Source: a virus. From it: DNA of 64,000 bases. The translations under genes and the position numbers were made by a program. The stretch spans positions 64,001-128,000 of the IMG/VR virus record IMGVR_UViG_3300045988_149468; one strand, 5' to 3'. This document shows positions 18,231 to 26,489 of this stretch, piece after piece (the stretch's first letter is position 1; every line of letters begins with the position of its first letter). A model generated the notes under the pieces. The model did not search any database. It had not been told where the DNA came from and worked only from the letters and a program-made list of their open reading frames with translations.

Positions 18231-20427
18231 CATTCCTATTTCTAAATATATAGAAATTAAACAACAAAAATATATTTATCTAAAACTTATACCCACTAAA
18301 TCAATTAAAAATAATCAAACATATGATATATTAAAATTAGTTAATAAAATGTTTATAAATCTAAATAAACAAATAAAAATTCAAGATAAAAAATTAATAA
18401 TACAAACTCAAATGAAAGCTAGTTATTATATCTACATTACTAAAGAGAAAATCAACTTCTATTTTATTGTTCCTGAAGTATTCTATTCTAAATTTAAAAT
18501 TAAATTTAAAGAAGTATGGAAATCGGTTCAAATAGAGGAATGTAATTATATACCACACATTGAAAACGGATTACAATATCAACTAATATATAAGAAGAAA
18601 GATTTTCTTTCTAGTAATGCAGATATGAGAAATAATGAATTATTAAATGCAAATATGACAATAATGGAATTATTAGAAAATCAAGAAGAAGTGGGAATAT
18701 TATATAATTTCCACCCAATTTCAGAAAAACAAATCAATTATTTTAAAATTTCATGTCAAAAATTCATCAGAGAATATAAGGAAAATTCCATAAAATATAC
18801 GAATAATCAATATTTTAATATAATAATTAAATGTTTAGATTATATGATAGAATTTATCAACTCAACGTTAAACTTTATATTTAATACTAAACAAGTAAAA
18901 AAAATAACACCACAAAAATATTCAGAAAGCACTATAAGAAAAAGTAAATCTGAAATGTGTAAAACTCAAATAGTATTAAATATAAAAGGAAAAAATCAAA
19001 ACCATTCAAAGACATTACTTGAAGGTTTAGTTAATTCATATAGTGAAATTTCAGATGATAATGAATTTATATGTAAAAAGGTTAAGAATGGAAATATAAA
19101 GTCATTAAATACTTCAATATATGAGTGTTCTAATTTTATAAGTTTACCTGGAGATAGTTTAATCAAAGAATATAATAATATAGAACATAATAATATTTAT
19201 GATAAGTCAATTCCTAATTGTTTGAAGAGAGGGCAAGTCCTTCTCGGAAATTCTTTAAAGAATACAAATGTTTATTATTCATCTGATAAAGAATGTAGTA
19301 GATTAGGTAAAGTATTTATAGGAGGAATGGGAAGTGGAAAAACCTACTCAATGATTAAATTAGCCAAACAAATAATAAATAAAGGTGATGGATTAGTCGT
19401 GTTAGATATTATTAAAAATTGTGAATTAGCAGATAGCATTAAGAAAATAACGCCTAAAGATAAATTAATTGAAATAGATTGTGCAAATATAGATCAACTA
19501 CAAGGGTTTTGCTTTAATGAATTAACTTATAATAAATTAGACGAATATGATAAATTAGCTAAATGCATGGAAAAAGCTAATCAACTTCATATTTTGTTAA
19601 ATACAATTAATACAGATACTAAATTAACACCTAGAATGGTTAGGTATTTTTATTCAGCTTGCACAATAGTCTTTTATAGTAATTTTAATGCTAGTTTTAG
19701 AGAGATAACGAGGGTACTTATGTATCCTAAAGAACGAAAGAAAGCCTTAGAATCGCTTACAGAAAGGCAACTTTTTTTACTTCAAGATGAAATAAATAAT
19801 TTAAAAGAGTTGGATAAAGAAAATAAGAACGGAACAATAGAAAACTATGATTCTAAAATAGATGGAATAATTGATAGAGTTAGTATTTTACAAACTAATT
19901 TATATACCAAGTTAGCATTTAATAAATCAGCAGATAAGAATATTAATTTTGTTGAAGCATTAAGTAAAAATAAAGTAATATTAATTAAAGCTAAAGAAAG
20001 TAATTTCACTAATAGAAGTATTAGAGACTTAATAGCAACATTTTTTATTAATAAGGTATGGTTAAGCAAACAATTAAATGCTAATACTAGAACAGAAATA
20101 TTCATAGATGAGATCAATTTATTCCCAACAGCACAAAATATATTCCAAGACACATTAACTGAATGTAGAAAATATAATTTTATACCTACAATTTCATTAC
20201 ACTTCTTTAATCAATGTAATAAAAAATGTAAAGAAGCCATATTAAATTCTGGAATGAATTTTATATTATTAGCTGGTGCAGACATAAGAAATTTTTATGA
20301 ATTAGAAACATTATTTAATAAAGAAGGGTATGATAAGATTGATTTTGTTAATCTCAAAAGATATCAAGCATTATGTTTAATTAGGAATGAAGAAACTGTA
20401 TATTCATCTTTTGTGGTAAATATGTAA
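18223..20427 (+). CDS. FtsK/HerA/VirB4-superfamily P-loop ATPase
   Basis: ATG at 18223 lies 9 nt after AGGAG. Walker A is GGMGSGKTYS (nt 19321-19350), mid-protein. Walker B is EIFIDEINLF (~20095-20125), followed by CRKYNFIPTISLH, which resembles the RK-x-(hydrophobic)-TQ arginine-finger block of this superfamily. A long non-ATPase N-terminal half (~360 aa) matches VirB4 architecture. Confidence 0.6.
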   Translation: MLNIPISKYIEIKQQKYIYLKLIPTKSIKNNQTYDILKLVNKMFINLNKQIKIQDKKLIIQTQMKASYYIYITKEKINFYFIVPEVFYSKFKIKFKEVWKSVQIEECNYIPHIENGLQYQLIYKKKDFLSSNADMRNNELLNANMTIMELLENQEEVGILYNFHPISEKQINYFKISCQKFIREYKENSIKYTNNQYFNIIIKCLDYMIEFINSTLNFIFNTKQVKKITPQKYSESTIRKSKSEMCKTQIVLNIKGKNQNHSKTLLEGLVNSYSEISDDNEFICKKVKNGNIKSLNTSIYECSNFISLPGDSLIKEYNNIEHNNIYDKSIPNCLKRGQVLLGNSLKNTNVYYSSDKECSRLGKVFIGGMGSGKTYSMIKLAKQIINKGDGLVVLDIIKNCELADSIKKITPKDKLIEIDCANIDQLQGFCFNELTYNKLDEYDKLAKCMEKANQLHILLNTINTDTKLTPRMVRYFYSACTIVFYSNFNASFREITRVLMYPKERKKALESLTERQLFLLQDEINNLKELDKENKNGTIENYDSKIDGIIDRVSILQTNLYTKLAFNKSADKNINFVEALSKNKVILIKAKESNFTNRSIRDLIATFFINKVWLSKQLNANTRTEIFIDEINLFPTAQNIFQDTLTECRKYNFIPTISLHFFNQCNKKCKEAILNSGMNFILLAGADIRNFYELETLFNKEGYDKIDFVNLKRYQALCLIRNEETVYSSFVVNM

Positions 20428-20433
20428 AATAAT

Positions 20434-20460
20434 AGGAGGATAATTCCTCCTTTTTCTTTA
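20434..20460 (+). terminator. Rho-independent terminator after the ATPase gene
   Basis: AGGAGGA (20434-20440) pairs with TCCTCCT (20445-20451), followed by TTTTCTTT. Confidence 0.65.
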
Positions 20461-20794
20461 TTTTTCTTGAATTATTTTTAGCATAATACTCACTCAAATT
20501 GCTATAACCTTGATATGAACATTCCACAATTAATTCTCAGTCGCTATCGCTCCTTTCATAATTGTTACATATATCATAGCATATGATTTTTGTCTTAAAA
20601 AATATTCCAATTTAACAATATTTTAACATTTATATTATTTATTAATTTGAAGACAATATTAATATACACTTTTACCAACCAATTATTAATTATTATATTC
20701 AATATATACATTGACAAATAATAATTAATATGAATGCTTATGTTACTATCTTATTAATTACTATGTAAGTATAATTTTAATATTAGTATTTTAA

Positions 20795-20838
20795 AAGGGT
20801 TATCGTAATTGATAACCCTTCTTTTTTTTTATTTATTT
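20795..20838 (+). terminator. Hairpin + T9 + ATTTATTT module (copy c) at the convergence point of the two transcription blocks
   Basis: AAGGGTTATC (20795-20804) pairs with GATAACCCTT (20811-20820), then C, nine T and ATTTATTT. Lies 5-10 nt from the end of the last leftward gene, so it may act bidirectionally. Confidence 0.55.
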
Positions 20839-20845
20839 TTAATTG

Positions 20846-21226
20846 TTAATCTGTTGTATCTTGTATCATTTCAATTATATATTTCTCTGGTATTGTGTTA
20901 ATTTCTATAAGATTTTGACAAGCTCTAATACCAACAAAGAAAAATATTATAACTATTATTGGCGTGATTACAGCACAACCTATTGTTATTACATCATCAT
21001 AATATGTATCTTCTGACCATTTAATAAGTTTGACAGACAAATATATAGATATTATTATTGTTAATATTGATATAACTAACCAAAATATACTAGTGTAAGT
21101 TATATATTTAGTTATTCTAACCATTAAATCTTGTAAGTAAGGAATTATATTACTTGATGACCAATCAATTGCTATTCCGAACTTATCACATATATGATCT
21201 AAAACTTTAATCGCTTCATTACTCAT
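20846..21226 (-). CDS. Membrane protein (two TM helices)
   Basis: SD AAGGAGGG. Hydrophobic helices: IFWLVISILTIIISIYLSV and AVITPIIVIIFFFVGI. Confidence 0.5.
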   Translation of the reverse strand: MSNEAIKVLDHICDKFGIAIDWSSSNIIPYLQDLMVRITKYITYTSIFWLVISILTIIISIYLSVKLIKWSEDTYYDDVITIGCAVITPIIVIIFFFVGIRACQNLIEINTIPEKYIIEMIQDTTD

Positions 21227-21238
21227 ATTTAACCCTCC

Positions 21239-21508
21239 TTATATTGTAGGTTTGAAATCTCTATTGTAAGCTGATATAAATTCACTAACATCTCTAATTA
21301 ACCATTCTTTTTCATATTTACCTCTTGAAAACATAAACCAATCTACTTTTTTATTATTTCTCCATACTTCTATATAATTTGATTCAGTAGAAAATATTGA
21401 ATCTAAAGCTTTCATTGGATTTTCTGTAACTCTTAATACTTCCCAATCGTCACAAGGTGAAGAATACATACAAACATAAGTTGTTGTACATTTATCTTTA
21501 TCAATCAT
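21239..21508 (-). CDS. Hypothetical protein
   Basis: Listed ORF extends to 21601. The internal ATG (MIDKDK..) preceded by GGAGTG avoids overlap with the upstream gene. Confidence 0.45.
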   Translation of the reverse strand: MIDKDKCTTTYVCMYSSPCDDWEVLRVTENPMKALDSIFSTESNYIEVWRNNKKVDWFMFSRGKYEKEWLIRDVSEFISAYNRDFKPTI

Positions 21509-21521
21509 CACAAACACTCCC

Positions 21522-21935
21522 TTATTCATCATCTTCTGATTTAAACACCATAGTGTGACCTTTATTTTCCGTTGAATAATCATTAACGGTAGTACCATCA
21601 AGTACTGTACTAAATCCTAAATCTTTTTTATTTAACACCTCACATGATGTTGTTACACATTCTATGCTTTCACCTAATAGAGAATTTAAAAACAAATCTA
21701 CATCATCAATTAAATATTTTTGTTTAAATTTATGACCTCTAAATACAATATCTAAATTAGATTTTCTAACTACTATTGGTTCTGGTATTTTTAACTTTAA
21801 TTCTCTTGCTACATCTTTAATATGTTTAGCTTGATATTCAGTATGACAAAGTATTGGATATTCCATTCTAGCACTACGTTTTACTAAAAAGTATGTTTTA
21901 CCTCTGCCTCTATCTAAATTTACTATTTCCATCAT
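21522..21935 (-). CDS. Hypothetical protein
   Basis: SD GGAGGGAAATAA. The N-terminal GRGKTY looks P-loop-like, but the protein (137 aa) is too short to call an ATPase. Confidence 0.45.
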   Translation of the reverse strand: MMEIVNLDRGRGKTYFLVKRSARMEYPILCHTEYQAKHIKDVARELKLKIPEPIVVRKSNLDIVFRGHKFKQKYLIDDVDLFLNSLLGESIECVTTSCEVLNKKDLGFSTVLDGTTVNDYSTENKGHTMVFKSEDDE

Positions 21936-21964
21936 TTATTTCCCTCCATATTTGTTTAAATTAA

Positions 21965-22162
21965 TCATTGTTTTCTTCCTTTCATTTTCCTTTCTTCTAG
22001 TATTATTTCTCCAATTATATAAGAAAGATATATCCCTAATGCTATAAATAATAAATTACTACCTATTTTAGTTGAAAAACTAAAAAATATAAATGCTGTT
22101 ATAAGAATTATTGGTATTGATCCAATTATAATAGCTTGAATTATTTGTTTAAATTTATTCAT
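21965..22162 (-). CDS. Small membrane protein
   Basis: 65 aa with two hydrophobic helices. Start overlaps the upstream gene. Confidence 0.45.
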   Translation of the reverse strand: MNKFKQIIQAIIIGSIPIILITAFIFFSFSTKIGSNLLFIALGIYLSYIIGEIILEERKMKGRKQ

Positions 22163-22451
22163 TATTTAATTCCTCCAATGGTAATATCTCTTCTAATAAA
22201 TAAAAATCAGATTGTTTAGCTAAATCATAATCTATTATTTCATCTCTTACAAATTTAATAAATTCTTTATCAACTTCTCCAAATTCTAATAGTTTAACAG
22301 TACTTTCATCAGATGATTCTATTTTATTAACTAAACCATTTGTTAATTTATTCGCTGTAACTAAGGCTTTTGTTAATGATTTTAATTCACCACTTTCTTC
22401 CATATCTATTGCTGAAAAATCACATTGACCATTAACGTATATTATCTTCAT
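22155..22451 (-). CDS. Hypothetical acidic protein
   Basis: SD AAAGGAGATAAGA; 98 aa. Confidence 0.45.
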   Translation of the reverse strand: MKIIYVNGQCDFSAIDMEESGELKSLTKALVTANKLTNGLVNKIESSDESTVKLLEFGEVDKEFIKFVRDEIIDYDLAKQSDFYLLEEILPLEELNNE

Positions 22452-22504
22452 TCTTATCTCCTTTCTAAAAATAAATCTCTATTTCATAATCTTTTAAATT
22501 ATTG

Positions 22505-22729
22505 TCAACTATTTTTATTTTCATATTCTAATATTTTATTAAGAACATCAGTTTGTATATCTTGAAAAATATCTAATCTAATTTTTAATTTCTCTATTTC
22601 TTTATTCAAACATTCTCTTAACTCACTTGATATACTATAGCCTAAAAGATTCTCCATAGCCTTTATTTTATTCTTTATTGGGTCTTGCTTTCTTTCAAAT
22701 AAATTATTCATTTCATTATATAAGATCAT
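22505..22729 (-). CDS. Hypothetical protein
   Basis: Listed ORF runs to 22828. The ATG at 22729 (MILYNEMNN) follows AAAGGAGAATAAT. Confidence 0.4.
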   Translation of the reverse strand: MILYNEMNNLFERKQDPIKNKIKAMENLLGYSISSELRECLNKEIEKLKIRLDIFQDIQTDVLNKILEYENKNS

Positions 22730-22740
22730 ATTATTCTCCT

Positions 22741-22896
22741 TTATTTTTTTAATAATAAAACTGTTATAACATAAATTATTATTTCTAATAATGTGACTAT
22801 TACTACTGGTGCGAACACTACCCACCAAGAAATAGTAATTAATTTTAATAATTTTAAAACTAATAATACTATTGTAATTGCTCCAGATAATGACAT
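22741..22896 (-). CDS. Small hydrophobic membrane peptide (51 aa, below the ORF-track cut-off)
   Basis: ATG at 22896 follows GGGAGGAAATTTT. Translation: MSLSGAITIVLLVLKLLKLITISWWVVFAPVVIVTLLEIIIYVITVLLLKK. Confidence 0.4.
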   Translation of the reverse strand: MSLSGAITIVLLVLKLLKLITISWWVVFAPVVIVTLLEIIIYVITVLLLKK

Positions 22897-23006
22897 AAAA
22901 TTTCCTCCCTTATTTTAAAATAAAATTCAGATTTTATTGTTATATTTTAAAGATGCCTAATAGAATAGTCATATGACCGTCCTAGAAGGCATCTCAGCTT
23001 ATTTAA

Positions 23007-23237
23007 CTAACTTTCTAACAAATATGAGTACCAAACCCATATACCACTATCGCATTCGAGTTTATATTCGGGTATATTTTCATCGTCCCAATTTTCTTTA
23101 TCAATTACTTCCTTAACTCTTGTTTCTTTTCCACCATATTTAATCATAGATTTTACTAAATCAAATTTATCTTCTTTATATAATCCTTGTAGTATTTCTT
23201 TAGGTTTTATTTTAACTTTATCCCCTATTTTAAACAT
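23007..23237 (-). CDS. Hypothetical protein
   Basis: SD AAGGTGGTAATAT; 76 aa. Confidence 0.45.
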   Translation of the reverse strand: MFKIGDKVKIKPKEILQGLYKEDKFDLVKSMIKYGGKETRVKEVIDKENWDDENIPEYKLECDSGIWVWYSYLLES

Positions 23238-23255
23238 ATATTACCACCTTATCAT

Positions 23256-24035
23256 TTATTTAGTTCCTGTAGAGCCATCATTGTCAGTATTGTTGTATTG
23301 ATTATTTTCTAATTTTTTATAATTGTCCATGCATTCTTTGGAACAAAATTTACTTGATTTATCTCTCGATTTTATTACCTCGTATTCTTTCCCACAAAAT
23401 TTACATATCTTTTTTACTGAATTTAATTTATGTTTTTCACCTTGATGTATTTTAGCGTGTTCACTTCTAGTAACAATTAGAAGATTACTTATGGAATTAT
23501 TTCTTTTATTTTTATCTATATGATGTACGTCCAAATTAGGATTTAAAACTTTTGCTCCGTTTATATAGATTAAATCACTTTCTTTGGCTAGATATTTTTC
23601 TGCCAAATATCTATGTTCTAAAATTCTTCCATCTCTATCCGATAAAGGATGATTAGGTTTATATATTTTTAAATATCCATTTGAAGTTATACGATTATCA
23701 TTTCTCCAACTTGAATTTTTATTGCCTTTCACTCCATATTGATGATTATTTTCACCAAGCATAGTTATCTTTTTTGACTCATAAAAACATTGTTTAGAAC
23801 AATAATTATTTTTGGATTTTTTTATATGAGATTCTTTTTTATGAAAATATTTGCCACAGTTATCACATTTACAATTATTTTTAGTCATTTTCTTTCTATA
23901 TTCACCTTCACATTTTTTACAACAAAAAGCCAACGCCCTAGTTAATCTTTCTTTATGATATATGAAGATTAACTTTCCACAATTATTACATATCCTAAAT
24001 CCTTTTATTTTTCCTTTACTTGCCACTACTACCAA
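23256..24035 (-). CDS. HNH endonuclease with multiple zinc-ribbon CxxC pairs
   Basis: HNH motif LDVHHIDKNKRNNSISNLLIVTRSEHAKIH. Several CxxC...CxxC pairs at both ends. Non-ATG start in the track. Confidence 0.7.
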   Translation of the reverse strand: MVVVASKGKIKGFRICNNCGKLIFIYHKERLTRALAFCCKKCEGEYRKKMTKNNCKCDNCGKYFHKKESHIKKSKNNYCSKQCFYESKKITMLGENNHQYGVKGNKNSSWRNDNRITSNGYLKIYKPNHPLSDRDGRILEHRYLAEKYLAKESDLIYINGAKVLNPNLDVHHIDKNKRNNSISNLLIVTRSEHAKIHQGEKHKLNSVKKICKFCGKEYEVIKSRDKSSKFCSKECMDNYKKLENNQYNNTDNDGSTGTK

Positions 24036-24465
24036 ACCCCCCTGTTCTTTCTTTATTTATACAACAGTCATCATCGGTAGTTAAATATTTTTCAAATATA
24101 CATTGACAAACTCGTTCATTTTCTTCTAACACCACTTCTTTATCCGTTGTATTATACAGTTTAACCCCTATATTTCTAGGGTAATATGATGCATCTATTA
24201 TTCCAGTTCCATTAGAAAGAATAAGTCCTTTTTTGCACCCGATACTACTTCTAACAAATATTTTTAAAACTTCATCATCTTGCATATAAGCACATATATC
24301 TGTAAACTCTAATTCAGAATGCGAATGTGGTGGAATAACCATTCTACATGGTACACGTAAATCATATCCTGCACTACATTTATCATTTCTTTGTGGTAAT
24401 TGAATATTTACTTCTGGATGTTTTCTAAATTCATCTCTCACCAATTCAAAACCTCTTATTTTCAT
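24016..24465 (-). CDS. dut: dUTP diphosphatase (trimeric dUTPase)
   Basis: Motifs SAGYDLR, NGTGIIDASY and C-terminal ERTGGFGSSGK. The ATG at 24465 follows GGAGGAG (listed ORF extends to 24561). Confidence 0.8.
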   Translation of the reverse strand: MKIRGFELVRDEFRKHPEVNIQLPQRNDKCSAGYDLRVPCRMVIPPHSHSELEFTDICAYMQDDEVLKIFVRSSIGCKKGLILSNGTGIIDASYYPRNIGVKLYNTTDKEVVLEENERVCQCIFEKYLTTDDDCCINKERTGGFGSSGK

Positions 24466-24566
24466 ATTTGCATCTCCTCCATTAACTATTTTATCGTATT
24501 TTTCTAATGCTCTTGCATAATTTTTATATTTATTCATAAATTCATAAGTCAAGCATATCAAACCTC

Positions 24567-24782
24567 CTAGTTTTTTTTAATAAATCCTATCATCTTTAAA
24601 GTATCGTCAAATAACCAATTGATTAATAAATCACCTATAGTTAAACCTACTATAAATACAATAAATGATTCGAATTTGTAAAGTGTGTTTCCAAATATAT
24701 TAGCATATATAATCACTACTATATACAAACTTAAAAAATTAACACAAGCATTTCTCATTGCTTTAAATATTTTATTCCACAT
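24567..24782 (-). CDS. Small membrane protein
   Basis: SD AAGGAGAATAATT; 71 aa with two hydrophobic helices. Confidence 0.45.
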   Translation of the reverse strand: MWNKIFKAMRNACVNFLSLYIVVIIYANIFGNTLYKFESFIVFIVGLTIGDLLINWLFDDTLKMIGFIKKN

Positions 24783-24784
24783 AA

Positions 24785-25303
24785 TTATTCTCCTTCAGTT
24801 TTAATTAATATATTTTTTAAATAAGCTAAACCAATACCTATTGCATCACATATATCATCATTTTTGTCCTTATTTTTAGGTATAAATTCAAAATCTATGA
24901 TGTTATTTTTAATCAAATAATCATAACATTTTTTCTTTTTATCATTACTTGTGCCTTTATTTATGCCTAATATTTTTCTCCATTCATTCGGGAAGTAATA
25001 ATGAACGTTTATATCGAATCTATTAGCTGTCCTCATAATTCCACCTATTAATTTTCTTAATACTAATATTGTTTTACTATTCACAGATGTAAACTGATCT
25101 TCACAAACTAGTTCGTCTATTTCATATTTAATTATTAATTGTTCTATTTCATCACATATATAATTAAGTCTTAAATCTTCTGTTTTGAATTTATCTTTTT
25201 TAGTAACTATTTTGCCATATTTTATTAATTGTTCACCTTCAAATATTGCATATCCTGTACTGGCTATACTTGCATCTAAACTTAATAAAATAATAACAAT
25301 CAC
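24785..25303 (-). CDS. ruvC: RuvC-type Holliday junction resolvase
   Basis: N-terminal LSLDASIASTGYAIF (first catalytic Asp), VCEDQF (Glu) and C-terminal DDICDAIGIGLAY (DAxA-type acidic pair). Exact start is uncertain because the GTG is embedded in the SD. Confidence 0.75.
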   Translation of the reverse strand: MIVIILLSLDASIASTGYAIFEGEQLIKYGKIVTKKDKFKTEDLRLNYICDEIEQLIIKYEIDELVCEDQFTSVNSKTILVLRKLIGGIMRTANRFDINVHYYFPNEWRKILGINKGTSNDKKKKCYDYLIKNNIIDFEFIPKNKDKNDDICDAIGIGLAYLKNILIKTEGE

Positions 25304-25404
25304 CTCCTTCCTTATTAATTATTATATTTGATTATTTATTATTGAATAAGGATTTAATTAAAAATATTAACAATAATATTAATAAATATAATAAACCTTT
25401 CATT

Positions 25405-25578
25405 CTATTTCTCCTTTAATTCATCTATAGCTGAAGTAAATACATCACACAATGTATAAGCATTTACATCTTCATTTCTATCACAAGTTGATCTTATAGG
25501 ACAATTCACACAACTTTCTATTTCATCTAATGCTCTTGACAATCTTTTAAATATTAATAATAATTTTGTTTCATCCAT
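25405..25578 (-). CDS. Small Cys-containing protein (57 aa, not in ORF track)
   Basis: ATG at 25578 follows GGAGAGTAAATA and nearly abuts the upstream stop. Translation: MDETKLLLIFKRLSRALDEIESCVNCPIRSTCDRNEDVNAYTLCDVFTSAIDELKEK. Confidence 0.4.
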   Translation of the reverse strand: MDETKLLLIFKRLSRALDEIESCVNCPIRSTCDRNEDVNAYTLCDVFTSAIDELKEK

Positions 25579-25581
25579 TAT

Positions 25582-26160
25582 TTACTCTCCTTGTAAATTT
25601 CTACTACTCGCCCATAGAAAACAGTAATTGGCAAGATCTACTATTGTATCTGTTATAGATTCATCCCTAACTTCTACTTTTCCATTTTCTAACAAAGAAC
25701 ATATCCTATTGTATTTATCTGTTATTCTCACCAAATAACTTACATCACCAAATTTTTCATATGTGTCTTGTACACTTGAACCATAATCGGCATTTTTACG
25801 TTTGCACAACTTAACAGTTTCATTTACTATTCTTTCATATTCTTCCATGAATGGATTGACAGGATCATCTTCAACTTTTACATTTTTAATTTCTTGTGGT
25901 TTTGATAATTTCGTTAATTCCTCAAACATTTTACAATCTATAATATCTTTCGTAAGATATTTACCCTCTTCAATTATTGGATTGCATAATTCTATTTCAT
26001 CTTCGTTGCATTGATAATATTTGTCAGCTTCTATTTGATATTCTTCAAACGATTGTTGTTTGTCATTTTCATCTAAATATTCATTATATCCCCTTGATAT
26101 TATTATCCCTACTATACCATTTGATCTTATTCTTACTTTTTCTCCTAAATTGAATTTCAT
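25582..26160 (-). CDS. Hypothetical protein with DUF1599-like C-terminal domain
   Basis: The C-terminal half (KRKNADYGSSVQDTYEKFGDVSYLVRITDKYNRICSL) resembles the phage nucleotide-metabolism-associated DUF1599 pattern. Assignment is tentative. Confidence 0.5.
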   Translation of the reverse strand: MKFNLGEKVRIRSNGIVGIIISRGYNEYLDENDKQQSFEEYQIEADKYYQCNEDEIELCNPIIEEGKYLTKDIIDCKMFEELTKLSKPQEIKNVKVEDDPVNPFMEEYERIVNETVKLCKRKNADYGSSVQDTYEKFGDVSYLVRITDKYNRICSLLENGKVEVRDESITDTIVDLANYCFLWASSRNLQGE

Positions 26161-26212
26161 ATAACTACCCCTTTCTGGAGGGAATTACCCTCCTTATTAA
26201 TTTATATATTGT

Positions 26213-26422
26213 TTATAATCTTTCTAATATGAATAAACTTTTATTGTCAAATATACCATATAGATTATCTTTTATATTGATTAACTTATTTGTTTTTAAT
26301 TTAATGTGTTTACCTGATGATGTAGTTAAATATGTCTCTTTATCTTGTGTTAATTCACAAGTATCATTGATTATTCCATATAGATTTTTATAATCACTCT
26401 TTAAAAATAATATTTTATACAT
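26213..26422 (-). CDS. Hypothetical protein
   Basis: 69 aa, preceded by the conserved leader and promoter. Confidence 0.45.
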   Translation of the reverse strand: MYKILFLKSDYKNLYGIINDTCELTQDKETYLTTSSGKHIKLKTNKLINIKDNLYGIFDNKSLFILERL

Positions 26423-26483
26423 TATATCAGCTCCTTATTAATTTCTATATTAATATAATAACATAAATGGTATTTATTGTCAA
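26423..26483 (-). promoter_or_regulatory. Early sigma-A-type promoter + conserved leader
   Basis: Leftward strand reads TTGACA-ATAAATACCATTTATGT-TATTAT, then ATTAATATAGAAATTAATAAGGAG and the ATG at 26422. Confidence 0.55.
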
Positions 26484-26489
26484 TACTTA

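Noticed and set aside
20461-20794. A possible promoter (TTGACA at 20711-20716) and small RNA in the 418-nt ORF-free strand-switch region.
   Set aside because: No acceptable -10 hexamer lies 16-18 nt downstream of the TTGACA. The only TATAAT (about 20771) lacks a -35 and would give a transcript of only ~45 nt. Kept only as context for the hairpin/T-run module finding.
21522-21935. The GRGKTY motif suggested a small P-loop ATPase.
   Set aside because: The protein is only 137 aa. There is no Walker B or other NTPase motif discernible, so the motif could be fortuitous.
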